A DNA stretch of 35,861 nt, taken from contig NEEC01000501.1 in NCBI GenBank assembly GCA_002189035.1, positions 1-35,861 of the forward strand. Direction: 5' to 3'. Source of the stretch: Utricularia gibba. Lineage: Eukaryota > Plantae > Magnoliophyta. A model generated the notes under the pieces. The model saw nothing but the letters and a program-made list of their open reading frames with translations. It was not told where the DNA came from and made no database searches. Numbering within the stretch: the first letter of the stretch is position 1; every line of letters begins with the position of its first letter. Position numbers and translations under genes: made by a program. Shown piece by piece: positions 1 through 13,400 of this stretch.

Positions 1-2029
1 CAAAACGAGAAGCGGTTCCTTGAAAAACCATGTAGGCAGCCCCGAAAACCGAACGATAATAAATACATCACTTTATTTGCCGGACTACAACTACTTTGGG
101 CAAGCCAAACTTACCTTTGTCCGTTCCAGGTGCACCCAAAGACCGCCTCCTCAGTATAAAGTAAGTTGTTAAAAAATCATGTGGGGTGCACGTGATATCG
201 AATTTAAACAAATGCAACATTGTTTTATCGATTTGCATCCTTTTGTCCTCATGAGCCATAAAGAATCGCGGGCCCGGACCAAGTTCCTAGCGAGACTGGC
301 CGCCACAAAACGAGAAGCTGTTCCTTGAAAAACCATGTAGGCAACACCGAAAACCGAACGTTAATAAATACATCACTTTCTTTGCCGGGCTACAACTTAC
401 TTTGGGCCAAGGCCTAAGCTGACCTTTTTCCGGTTCCAAGTGCCCCCAAGACCGCCTCTCATGTATAAAGTATGTTGTTAAAAAAATCATGTGGGGTGCA
501 CGTGACATCGTAATTTAAACAAATGCATCATTTTTTTTAATCGATTTGCATCCAGTTGACCTCATGAGCCATACAGAATCGGGGTCAAGGACCAAGTTCC
601 CAGCGAGACTGGCCGCCACAAACGAGAAGCGGTTCCTTGAAAAACCATGTAGGCAGCCCCCGAAAACCGAACGATAATAAATACATCACTTTATTTGCCG
701 GACTACAACTAACTCTCGGTGCAAGCCAAACCTTACCTTTGTCCCGTTCCAGGTGCACCCAAAGACCGCCTGCTCAAGTATAAAGTAAGTTGTTGAAAAA
801 ATCATGTGGGGTGCACGTGATATCGCAATTTAAACAAATGCAACATTGTATTCATCGATTTGCATCCTTTTGTCCTCATGAGCCATAAAGAATCGCGGGC
901 CCGGACCAAGTTCCTAGCGAGACTGGCCGCCACAAACGAGAAGCTGTTCCTTGAAAAACCATGTAGGCAACACCGAAAACCGAACGTTAATAAATACATC
1001 ACTTTCTTTGCCGGGCTACAACTTACTTTGGGCCAAGGCCTAAGCTGATCTTTTTCCGGTTCCAAGTGCACCCAAAGACCGCCTTCTCAAGTATAAAGTA
1101 AGTTGTTGAAAAAATCATGTGGGGTGCACGTGACATCATAATTTAAACAAATGGATCATTTTTTTTAATCGATTTGCATCCAGTTGACCTCATGAGCCAT
1201 ACAGAATCGGGGTCAAGGACCAAGTTCCCAGCGAGACTGGCCGCCAAAACGAGAAGCGGTTCCTTGAAAAACCATGTAGGCAGCCCCGAAAACCGAACGA
1301 TAATAAATACATCACTTTATTTGCCGGACTACAACTTACTTTGGGCCAAGGCCTAAACCTTTTTCCGTTCCAAGTGCCCAAAGACCGCCTCCTCAGTATA
1401 AAGTAGTTGTTAAAAAAATCATGTGGGGTGCACGTGAATCGCAATTTAAACAAATGCATCATCGATTTGCATCCTTTTGTCCTCATGAGCCATAAAGAAT
1501 CGCGGGCCCGGACCAAGTTCCTAGCGAGACTGGCCGCCACAAAACGAGAAGCTGTTCCTTGAAAAACCATGTAGGCAACACCGAAAACCGAACGTTAATA
1601 AATACATCACTTTCTTTGCCGGGCTACAACTTACTTTGGGCCAAGGCCTAAGCTGATCTTTTCCGGTTCCAAGTGCCCCAAAGACCGCCTTCTCAAGTAT
1701 AAAGTAGTTGTTGAAAAAATCATGTGGGGTGCACGTGACATCATAATTTAAACAAATGCATCATTTTTTTAATCGATTTGCATCCAGTTGACCTCATGAG
1801 CCATACAGAATCGGGGTCAAGGACCAAGTTCCAGCGAGACTGGCCGCCACAAACGAGAAGCGGTTCCTTGAAAAACCATGTAGGCAGCCCCCGAAAACCG
1901 AACGATAATAAATACATCACTTTATTTGCCGGACTACAACTAACTTGTGCAAGCCAAACCTTACCTTTGTCCCGTTCCAGGTGCACCCAAAGACCGCCTC
2001 TCAAGTATAAAGTAAGTTGTTGAAAAAAT

Positions 2030-2343
2030 CATGTGGGGTGCACGTGATATCGCAATTTAAACAAATGCAACATTGTATTCATCGATTTGCATCCTTTTGT
2101 CCTCATGAGCCATAAAGAATCGCGGGCCCGGACCAAGTTCCTAGCGAGACTGGCCGCCACAAAACGAGAAGCTGTTCCTTGAAAAACCATGTAGGCAACA
2201 CCGAAAACCGAACGTTAATAAATACATCACTTTCTTTGCCGGGCTACAACTTACTTTGGGCCAAGGCCTAAGCTGATCTTTTTCCGGTTCCAAGTGCACC
2301 CAAAGACCGCCTTCTCAAGTATAAAGTAAGTTGTTGAAAAAAT
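2030..2343 (+). repeat. Representative type A monomer (314 bp)
   Basis: Diagnostic words: GTGATATCGCAAT, GCAACATTGTATTC, CCTTTTGTCC, CGCGGGCCCGGACC, TTCCTAGCG, AAGCTGTT, GGCAACACCG, AACGTTAAT, TTGGGCCAAGGCCTAAGCTGATC, CCTTCTCAAG. The 314-bp length is also seen at 2655, 7271 and 8520. Confidence 0.95.
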
Positions 2344-4182
2344 CATGTGGGGTGCACGTGACATCATAATTTAAACAAATGGATCATTTTTTTTAATCGA
2401 TTTGCATCCAGTTGACCTCATGAGCCATACAGAATCGGGGTCAAGGACCAAGTTCCAGCGAGACTGGCCGCCACAAAACGAGAAGCGGTTCCTTGAAAAA
2501 CCATGTAGGCAGCCCCGAAAACCGAACGATAATAAATACATCACTTTATTTGCCGGACTACAACTAACTCTTGCAAGCCAAACCTTACCTTTGTCCCGTT
2601 CCAGGTGCACCCAAAGACCGCCTCCTCAAGTATAAAGTAAGTTGTTGAAAAAATCATGTGGGGTGCACGTGATATCGCAATTTAAACAAATGCAACATTG
2701 TATTCATCGATTTGCATCCTTTTGTCCTCATGAGCCATAAAGAATCGCGGGCCCGGACCAAGTTCCTAGCGAGACTGGCCGCCACAAAACGAGAAGCTGT
2801 TCCTTGAAAAACCATGTAGGCAACACCGAAAACCGAACGTTAATAAATACATCACTTTCTTTGCCGGGCTACAACTTACTTTGGGCCAAGGCCTAAGCTG
2901 ATCTTTTTCCGGTTCCAAGTGCACCCAAAGACCGCCTTCTCAAGTATAAAGTAAGTTGTTGAAAAAATCATGTGGGGTGCACGTGACATCATAATTTAAA
3001 CAAATGGATCATTTTTTTAATCGATTTGCATCCAGTTGACCTCATGAGCCATACAGAATCGGGGTCAAGGACCAAGTTCCCAGCGAGACTGGCCGCCACA
3101 AAACGAGAAGCGGTTCCTTGAAAAACCATGTAGGCAGCCCCCGAAAACCGAACGATAATAAATACATCACTTTATTTGCCGGACTACAACTTACTTTGGG
3201 CAAGCCAAACCTTTTTCCGTTCCAAGTGCCCCAAAGACCGCCTCTCAAGTATAAAGTAGTTGTTGAAAAAATCATGTGGGGTGCACGTGAATCGTAATTT
3301 AAACAAATGCATTTTTTTCATCGATTTGCATCCTTTTGTCCTCATGAGCCATAAAGAATCGGCCCGGACCAAGTTCCTAGCGAGACTGGCCGCCACAAAC
3401 GAGAAGCTGTTCCTTGAAAAACCATGTAGGCAACACCGAAAACCGAACGTTAATAAATACATCACTTTCTTTGCCGGGCTACAACTTACTTTGGGCCAAG
3501 GCCTAAGCTGACCTTTTTCCGGTTCCAAGTGCCCCCAAGACCGCCTCCTCAGTATAAAGTAAGTTGTTGAAAAAATCATGTGGGGTGCACGTGACATCGT
3601 AATTTAAACAAATGCATCATTTTTTAATCGATTTGCATCCAGTTGACCTCATGAGCCATACAGAATCGGGGTCAAGGACCAAGTTCCCAGCGAGACTGGC
3701 CGCCACAAACGAGAAGCGGTTCCTGAAAAACCATGTAGGCAGCCCCGAAAACCGAACGATAATAAATACATCACTTTATTTGCCGGACTACAACTAACTC
3801 TCGGTGCAAGCCAAACCTTACCTTGTCCCGTTCCAGGTGCACCCAAAGACCGCCTGCTCAAGTATAAAGTAAGTTGTTGAAAAAATCATGTGGGGTGCAC
3901 GTGATATCGCAATTTAAACAAATGCAACATTGTATTCATCGATTTGCATCCTTTTGTCCTCATGAGCCATAAAGAATCGCGGGCCCGGACCAAGTTCCTA
4001 GCGAGACTGGCCGCCACAAAACGAGAAGCTGTTCCTTGAAAAACCATGTCGAACGTTAATAAATACATCACTTTCTTTGCCGGGCTACAACTTACTTTGG
4101 GCAAGGCCTAAGCTGATCTTTTTCCGGTTCCAAGTGCACCCAAAGACCGCCTTCTCAAGTATAAAGTAAGTTGTTGAAAAAT

Positions 4183-4482
4183 CATGTGGGGTGCACGTGA
4201 CATCAATTTAAACAAATGGATCATTTTTTTAATCGATTTGCATCCAGTTGACCTCATGAGCCATACAGAATCGGGGGGACCAAGTAGCGAGACTGGCCCA
4301 CAAAACGAGAAGCTGTTCCTTGAAAAACCATGTAGGCAACACCGAAAACCGAACGTTAATAAATACATCACTTTCTTTGCCGGGCTACAACTTACTTTGG
4401 GCCAAGGCCTAAGCTGATCTTTTTCCGGTTCCAAGTGCCCCAAGACCGCCTTCTCAAGTATAAAGTAAGTTGTTGAAAAAAT
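4183..4482 (+). repeat. Chimeric B-to-A monomer
   Basis: Starts B-like (GACATC, GGATCA, CCAGTTGACC, CATACAG). After a damaged segment at ~4270-4300 it continues A-like (AAGCTGTT, GGCAACACC, AACGTT, GGCCTAAGCTGATC). The next unit is a full B. Confidence 0.85.
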
Positions 4483-7400
4483 CATGTGGGGTGCACGTGA
4501 CATCATAATTTAAACAAATGGATCATTTTTTTAATCGATTTGCATCCAGTTGACCTCATGAGCCATACAGAATCGGGGTCAAGGACCAAGTTCCCAGCGA
4601 GACTGGCCGCCACAAACGAGAAGCGTTCCTTGAAAAACCATGTAGGCAGCCCCCGAAAACCGAACGATAATAAATACATCACTTTATTTGCCGGACTACA
4701 ACTAACTCTCGGTGCAAGCCAAACCTTACCTTTGTCCCGTTCCAGGTGCACCCAAAGACCGCCTGCTCAAGTATAAAGTAAGTTGTTTAAAAAATCATGT
4801 GGGGTGCACGTGATATCGCAATTTAAACAAATGCAACATTGTATTCATCGATTTGCATCCTTTTGTCCTCATGAGCCATAAAGAATCGCGGGCCCGGACC
4901 AAGTTCCTAGCGAGACTGGCCGCCACAAAACGAGAAGCTGTTCCTTGAAAAACCATGTAGGCAACACCGAAAACCGAACGTTAATAAATACATCACTTTC
5001 TTTGCCGGGCTACAACTTACTTTGGGCCAAGGCCTAAGCTGATCTTTTTCCGGTTCCAAGTGCACCCAAAGACCGCCTTCTCAAGTATAAAGTAAGTTTG
5101 AAAAAATCATGTGGGGTGCACGTGACATCATAATTTAAACAAATGGATCATTTTTTTTAATCGATTTGCATCCAGTTGACCTCATGAGCCATAGAATCGG
5201 GGTCAAGGACCAAGTTCCCAGCGAGACTGGCCGCCACAAAACGAGAAGCGGTTCCTTGAAAAACCATGTAGGCAGCCCCCGAAAACCGAACGATAATAAA
5301 TACATCACTTTATTTGCCGGACTACAACTAACTTCGGGCAAGCCAAAACCTTTTTCCGTTCCAAGTGCACCCAAAGACCGCCTCTCAAGTATAAAGTAAG
5401 TTGTTAAAAAATCATGTGGGGTGCACGTGATATCGCAATTTAAACAAATGCATTGTTTTAATCGATTTGCATCCTTTCCTCATGCCATAAAGAATCGCGG
5501 GGCCCGGACCAAGTTCCTAGCGAGACTGGCCGCCACAAAACGAGAAGCTGTTCCTTGAAAAACCATGTAGGCAACACCGAAAACCGAACGTTAAAAAAAT
5601 ATCACTTTCTTTGCCGGGCTACAACTTACTTTGGGCCAAGGCCTAAGCTGACCTTTTTCCGGTTCCAAGTGCCCCCCAAGACCGCCTCCTCAGTATAAAG
5701 TAGTTGTTAAAAAAATCATGTGGGGTGCACGTGACATCGTAATTTAAACAAATGCATCATTTTTTTAATCGATTTGCATCCAGTTGACCTCATGAGCCAT
5801 ACAGAATCGGGGTCAAGGACCAAGTTCCCAGCGAGACTGGCCGCCACAAACGAGAAGCGGTTCCTTGAAAAACCATGTAGGCAGCCCCCGAAAACCGAAC
5901 GATAATAAATACATCACTTTATTTGCCGGACTACAACTAACTTTGGGCAAGCCTAAGCTACCTTTTCCGTTCCAAGTGCCCCAAGACCGCCTCTCAGTAT
6001 AAAGTAAGTGTTAAAAAATCATGTGGGGTGCACGTGATATCGCAATTTAAACAAATGCAACATTTTTTTCATCGATTTGCATCCTTTTGTCCTCATGAGC
6101 CATAAAGAATCGCGGGCCCGGACCAAGTTCCTAGCGAGACTGGCCGCCACAAAACGAGAAGCTGTTCCTTGAAAAACCATGTAGGCAACACGAAAACCGA
6201 ACGTTAATAAATACATCACTTTCTTTGCCGGGCTACAACTTACTTTGGGCCAAGGCCTAAGCTGACTTTTTCCGGTTCCAAGTGCACCCAAAGACCGCCT
6301 TCTCAAGTATAAAGTAAGTTGTTGAAAAAATCATGTGGGGTGCACGTGACATCATAATTTAAACAAATGGATCATTTTTTTTAATCGATTTGCATCCAGT
6401 TGACCTCATGAGCCATACAGAATCGGGGTCAAGGACCAAGTTCCCAGCGAGACTGGCCGCCACAAAACGAGAAGCGGTTCCTTGAAAAACCATGTAGGCA
6501 GCCCCCGAAAACCGAACGATAATAAATACATCACTTTATTTGCCGGACTACAACTAACTCTCGTGCAAGCCAAACCTTACCTTTGTCCCGTTCCAGGTGC
6601 ACCCAAAGACCGCCTGCTCAAGTATAAAGTAAGTTGTTGAAAAAATCATGTGGGGTGCACGTGATATCGCAATTTAAACAAATGCAACATTGTATTCATC
6701 GATTTGCATCCTTTTGTCCTCATGAGCCATAAAGAATCGCGGGCCCGGACCAAGTTCCTAGCGAGACTGGCCGCCACAAAACGAGAAGCTGTTCCTTGAA
6801 AAACCATGTAGGCAACACCGAAAACCGAACGTTAATAAATACATCACTTTCTTTGCCGGGCTACAACTTACTTTGGGCCAAGGCCTAAGCTGATCTTTTT
6901 CCGGTTCCAAGTGCACCCAAGACCGCCTCTGTATAAAGTAAGTTGTTGAAAAAATCATGTGGGGTGCACGTGACATCATAATTTAAACAAATGGATCATT
7001 TTTTTTAATCGATTTGCATCCAGTTGACCTCATGAGCCATACAGAATCGGGGTCAAGGACCAAGTTCCCAGCGAGACTGGCCGCCACAAAACGAGAAGCG
7101 GTTCCTTGAAAAACCATGTAGGCAGCCCCCGAAAACCGAACGATAATAAATACATCACTTTATTTGCCGGACTACAACTAACTCTCGGTGCAAGCCAAAC
7201 TTACCTTTGTCCCGTTCCAGGTGCACCCAAAGACCGCCTGCTCAAGTATAAAGTAAGTTGTTGAAAAAATCATGTGGGGTGCACGTGATATCGCAATTTA
7301 AACAAATGCAACATTGTATTCATCGATTTGCATCCTTTTGTCCTCATGAGCCATAAAGAATCGCGGGCCCGGACCAAGTTCCTAGCGAGACTGGCCGCCA

Positions 7401-10400
7401 CAAAACGAGAAGCTGTTCCTTGAAAAACCATGTAGGCAACACCGAAAACCGAACGTTAATAAATACATCACTTTCTTTGCCGGGCTACAACTTACTTTGG
7501 GCCAAGGCCTAAGCTGATCTTTTTCCGGTTCCAAGTGCACCCAAAGACCGCCTTCTCAAGTATAAAGTAAGTTGTTGAAAAAATCATGTGGGGTGCACGT
7601 GACATCATAATTTAAACAAATGGATCATTTTTTTTAATCGATTTGCATCCAGTTGACCTCATGAGCCATACAGAATCGGGTCAAGGACCAAGTTCCCAGC
7701 GAGACTGGCCGCCACAAAACGAGAAGCGGTTCCTTGAAAAACCATGTAGGCAGCCCCCGAAAACCGAACGATAATAAATACATCACTTTATTTGCCGGAC
7801 TACAACTAACTCTCGTGCAAGCCAAACCTTACCTTTGTCCGTTCCAGTGCACCCAAGACCGCCTGCTCAAGTATAAAGTAAGTTGTTGAAAAAATCATGT
7901 GGGGTGCACGTGATATCGCAATTTAAACAAATGCAACATTGTATTCATCGATTTGCATCCTTTTGTCCTCATGAGCCATAAAGAATCGCGGGCCCGGACC
8001 AAGTTCCTAGCGAGACTGGCCGCCACAAAACGAGAAGCTGTTCCTTGAAAACCATGTAGGCAACACCGAAAACCGAACGTTAATAAATACATCACTTTTT
8101 TGCCGGGCTACAACTTACTTTGGGCCAAGGCCTAAGCTGATCTTTTTCCGGTTCCAAGTGCCCCAAAGACCGCCTTCTCAAGTATAAAGTAAGTTGTTGA
8201 AAAAATCATGTGGGGTGCACGTGACATCGTAATTTAAACAAATGGATCATTTTTTTTAATCGATTTGCATCCAGTTGACCTCATGAGCCATACAGAATCG
8301 GGTCAAGGACCAAGTTCCCAGCGAGACTGGCCGCCACAAAACGAGAAGCGGTTCCTTGAAAAACCATGTAGGCAGCCCCCGAAAACCGAACGATAATAAA
8401 TACATCACTTTATTTGCCGGACTACAACTAACTCTGGTGCAAGCCAAACCTTACCTTTGTCCCGTTCCAGGTGCACCCAAAGACCGCCTCTCAAGTATAA
8501 AGTAAGTTGTTGAAAAAATCATGTGGGGTGCACGTGATATCGCAATTTAAACAAATGCAACATTGTATTCATCGATTTGCATCCTTTTGTCCTCATGAGC
8601 CATAAAGAATCGCGGGCCCGGACCAAGTTCCTAGCGAGACTGGCCGCCACAAAACGAGAAGCTGTTCCTTGAAAAACCATGTAGGCAACACCGAAAACCG
8701 AACGTTAATAAATACATCACTTTCTTTGCCGGGCTACAACTTACTTTGGGCCAAGGCCTAAGCTGATCTTTTTCCGGTTCCAAGTGCACCCAAAGACCGC
8801 CTTCTCAAGTATAAAGTAAGTTGTTGAAAAAATCATGTGGGGTGCACGTGACATCATAATTTAAACAAATGGATCATTTTTTTTAATCGATTTGCATCCA
8901 GTTGACCTCATGAGCCATACAGAATCGGGGTCAAGGACCAAGTTCCCAGCGAGACTGGCCGCCACAAAACGAGAAGCGGTTCCTTGAAAAACCATGTAGG
9001 CAGCCCCCGAAAACCGAACGATAATAAATACATCACTTTATTTGCCGGACTACAACTAACTTTGCAAGCCTAACCTTACCTTTTTCCGTTCCAAGTGCCC
9101 CCAAAGACCGCCTCCTCAGTATAAAGTAAGTTTGTTGAAAAAATCATGTGGGGTGCACGTGATATCGCAATTTAAACAAATGCAACATTTTTTCATCGAT
9201 TTGCATCCTTTTGTCCTCATGAGCCATAAAGAATCGCGGGCCCGGACCAAGTTCCTAGCGAGACTGGCGCCACAAAACGAGAAGCTGTTCCTTGAAAAAC
9301 CATGTAGGCAACACCGAAAACCGAACGTTAATAAATACATCACTTTCTTTGCCGGGCTACAACTTACTTTGGGCCAAGGCCTAAGCTGACCTTTTTCCGG
9401 TTCCAAGTGCCCCCCAAGACCGCTCCTCAGTATAAAGTAAGTTGTTGAAAAAATCATGTGGGGTGCACGTGACATCATAATTTAAACAAATGGATCATTT
9501 TTTTTAATCGATTTGCATCCAGTTGACCTCATGAGCCATACAGAATCGGGGTCAAGGACCAAGTTCCCAGCGAGACTGGCCGCCACAAAACGAGAAGCGG
9601 TTCCTTGAAAAACCATGTAGGCAGCCCCCGAAAACCGAACGATAATAAATACATCACTTTATTTGCCGGACTACAACTAACTCTCGGTGCAAGCCAAACC
9701 TTACCTTTGTCCCGTTCCAGGTGCACCCAAAGACCGCCTGCTCAAGTATAAAGTAAGTTGTTGAAAAAATCATGTGGGGTGCACGTGATATCGCAATTTA
9801 AACAAATGCAACATTGTATTCATCGATTTGCATCCTTTTGTCCTCATGAGCCATAAAGAATCGCGGGCCCGGACCAAGTTCCTAGCGAGACTGGCCGCCA
9901 CAAAACGAGAAGCTGTTCCTTGAAAAACCATGTAGGCAACACCGAAAACCGAACGTTAATAAATACATCACTTTCTTTGCCGGGCTACAACTTACTTTGG
10001 GCCAAGGCCTAAGCTGACCTTTTTCCGGTTCCAAGTGCACCCAAAGACCGCCTCCTCAGTATAAAGTAAGTTGTTTGAAAAAATCATGTGGGGTGCACGT
10101 GACATCGTAATTTAAACAAATGCATCATTTTTTTAATCGATTTGCATCCAGTTGACCTCATGAGCCATACAGAATCGGGGTCAAGGACCAAGTTCCCAGC
10201 GAGACTGGCCGCCACAAAACGAGAAGCGGTTCCTTGAAAAACCATGTAGGCAGCCCCCGAAAACCGAACGATAATAAATACATCACTTTATTTGCCGGAC
10301 TACAACTAACTCTCGTGCAAGCCAAACCTTACTTTGTCCCGTTCCAGGTGCACCCAAAGACCGCCTTCTCAAGTATAAAGTAAGTTGTTGAAAAAATCAT

Positions 10401-13400
10401 GTGGGGTGCACGTGATATCGCAATTTAAAAAATGCAACATTGTATTCATCGATTTGCATCCTTTTGTCCTCATGAGCCATAAAGAATCGCGGGCCCGGAC
10501 CAAGTTCCTAGCGAGACTGGCCGCCACAAAACGAGAAGCTGTTCCTTGAAAAACCATGTAGGCAACACGAAACCGAACGTTAATAAATACATCACTTTCT
10601 TTGCCGGGCTACAACTTACTTTGGGCCAAGGCCTAAGCTGATCTTTTTCCGGTTCCAAGTGCACCCAAGACCGCCTTCTCAAGTATAAAGTAAGTTGTTG
10701 AAAAAATCATGTGGGGTGCACGTGACATCATAATTTAAACAAATGGATCATTTTTTTTAATCGATTTGCATCCAGTTGACCTCATGAGCCATACAGAATC
10801 GGGGTCAAGGACCAAGTTCCCAGCGAGACTGGCCGCCACAAAACGAGAAGCGGTTCCTTGAAAAACCATGTAGGCAGCCCCCGAAAACCGAACGATAATA
10901 AATACATCACTTTATTTGCCGGACTACAACTAACTTTGGGCAAGCCAAAACCTTTTTCCGTTCCAGTGCCCCAAGACCGCCTCTCAAGTATAAAGTAAGT
11001 TGTTGAAAAAATCATGTGGGGTGCACGTGATATCGCAATTTAAACAAATGTTTCATCGATTTGCATCCTTTTGTCCTCATGAGCCATAAAGAATCGCGGG
11101 CCCGGACCAAGTTCCTAGCGAGACTGGCCGCCACAAAACGAGAAGCTGTTCCTTGAAAAACCATGTAGGCAACACCGAAAACCGAACGTTAATAAATACA
11201 TCACTTTCTTTGCCGGCTACAACTTACTTTGGGCCAAGGCCTAAGCTGATCTTTTTCCGGTTCCAAGTGCACCCAAAGACCGCCTTCTCAAGTATAAAGT
11301 AAGTTGTTGAAAAAATCATGTGGGGTGCACGTGACATCATAATTTAAACAAATGGATCATTTTTTTTAATCGATTTGCATCCAGTTGACCTCATGAGCCA
11401 TACAGAATCGGGGTCAAGGACCAAGTTCCCAGCGAGACTGGCCGCCACAAAACGAGAAGCGGTTCCTGAAAAACCATGTAGGCAGCCCCCGAAAACCGAA
11501 CGGTTCACTTTATTTGCCGGACTACAACTAACTCTCGTGCAAGCCAAACCTTACTTTGTCCCGTTCCAGGTGCACCCAAAGACCGCCTGCTCAAGTATAA
11601 AGTAAGTTGTTGAAAAAATCATGTGGGGTGCACGTGATATCGCAATTTAAACAAATGCAACATTGTATTCATCGATTTGCATCCTTTTGTCCTCATGAGC
11701 CATAAAGAATCGCGGGCCCGGACCAAGTTCCTAGCGAGACTGGCCGCCACAAAACGAGAAGCTGTTCCTTGAAAAACCATGTAGGCAACACCGAAAACCG
11801 AACGTTAATAAATACATCACTTTCTTTGCCGGGCTACAACTTACTTTGGGCCAAGGCCTAAGCTGATCTTTTTCCGGTTCCAAGTGCACCCAAAGACCGC
11901 CTTCTCAAGTATAAAGTAAGTTGTTGAAAAAATCATGTGGGTGCACGTGACATCATAATTTAAACAAATGGATCATTTTTTTTAATCGATTTGCATCCAG
12001 TTGACCTCATGAGCCATACAGAATCGGGGTCAAGGACCAAGTTCCCAGCGAGACTGGCCGCCACAAAACGAGAAGCGGTTCCTTGAAAAACCATGTAGGC
12101 AGCCCCCGAAAACCGAACGAAATAAATACATCACTTTATTTGCCGGACTACAACTAACTTTCAAGCCAAAACCCCTTCCAGGTGCACCCAAAGACCGCCT
12201 GCTCAGTATAAAGTAAGTTGTTGAAAAAATCATGTGGGGTGCACGTGATATCAATTTAAACAAATGTCGATTTGCATCCTTTTGTCCTCATGAGCCATAA
12301 AGAATCGCGGGCCCGGACCAAGTTCCTAGCGAGACTGGCCGCCACAAAACGAGAAGCTGTTCCTTGAAAAACCATGTAGGCAACACCGAAAACCGAACGT
12401 TATAAATACATCACTTTCTTTGCCGGGCTACAACTTACTTTGGGCCAAGGCCTAAGCTGATCTTTTCCGGTTCCAAGTGCACCCAAAGACCGCCTTCTCA
12501 AGTATAAAGTAAGTTGTTGAAAAAATCATGTGGGGTGCACGTGACATCATAATTTAAACAAATGGATCATTTTTTTTAATCGATTTGCATCCAGTTGACC
12601 TCATGAGCCATACAGAATCGGGGTCAAGGACCAAGTTCCCAGCGAGACTGGCCGCCACAAACGAGAAGCGGTTCCTTGAAAAACCATGTAGGCAGCCCCC
12701 GAAAACCGAACGATAATAAATACATCACTTTATTTGCCGGACTACAACTAACTCTCGTGCAAGCCAAACCTTACCTTTGTCCCGTTCCAGGTGCACCCAA
12801 AGACCGCCTTCTCAAGTATAAAGTAAGTTGTTGAAAAAATCATGTGGGGTGCACGTGATATCGCAATTTAAACAAATGCAACATTGTATTCATCGATTTG
12901 CATCCTTTTGTCCTCATGAGCCATAAAGAATCGCGGGCCCGGACCAAGTTCCTAGCGAGACTGGCCGCCACAAAACGAGAAGCTGTTCCTTGAAAAACCA
13001 TGTAGGCAACACCGAAAACCGAACGTTAATAAATACATCACTTTCTTTGCCGGGCTACAACTTACTTTGGGCCAAGGCCTAAGCTGATCTTTTTCCGGTT
13101 CCAAGTGCCCCAAAGACCGCCTTCTCAAGTATAAAGTAAGTTGTTGAAAAAATCATGTGGGGTGCACGTGACATCATAATTTAAACAAATGGATCATTTT
13201 TTTTAATCGATTTGCATCCAGTTGACCTCATGAGCCATACAGAATCGGGGTCAAGGACCAAGTTCCCAGCGAGACTGGCCGCCACAAAACGAGAAGCGGT
13301 TCCTTGAAAAACCATGTAGGCAGCCCCGAAAACCGAACGATAATAAATACATCACTTTATTTGCCGGACTACAACTAACTCTCGTGCAAGCCAAACCTTA

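Noticed and set aside
2020-2036. Relationship to rice CentO suggested by AAAAATCATGT and the ~157-bp period
   Set aside because: It is only an ~11-bp AT-rich match recalled from memory, with no extended similarity. A real alignment would be needed.
2080-2150. 5S rDNA tandem unit, suggested by the ~300-bp period and TTGCATCCTTTT resembling a plant 5S 3' end plus T-run
   Set aside because: The other vaguely 5S-like word (CTGGGAA in B) is on the opposite strand. No ~120-nt 5S-like sequence or internal A/C boxes can be aligned.
2030-2187. A still smaller ~75-80-bp sub-repeat (CATG at offsets 1, 75 and 159)
   Set aside because: There is no matching CATG in the second half-unit and no flanking similarity. 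It is compatible with chance.
2281-2300. tRNA/SINE B-box-like GGTTCCAAG
   Set aside because: It does not match GTTCRA, and I see no A-box or cloverleaf.
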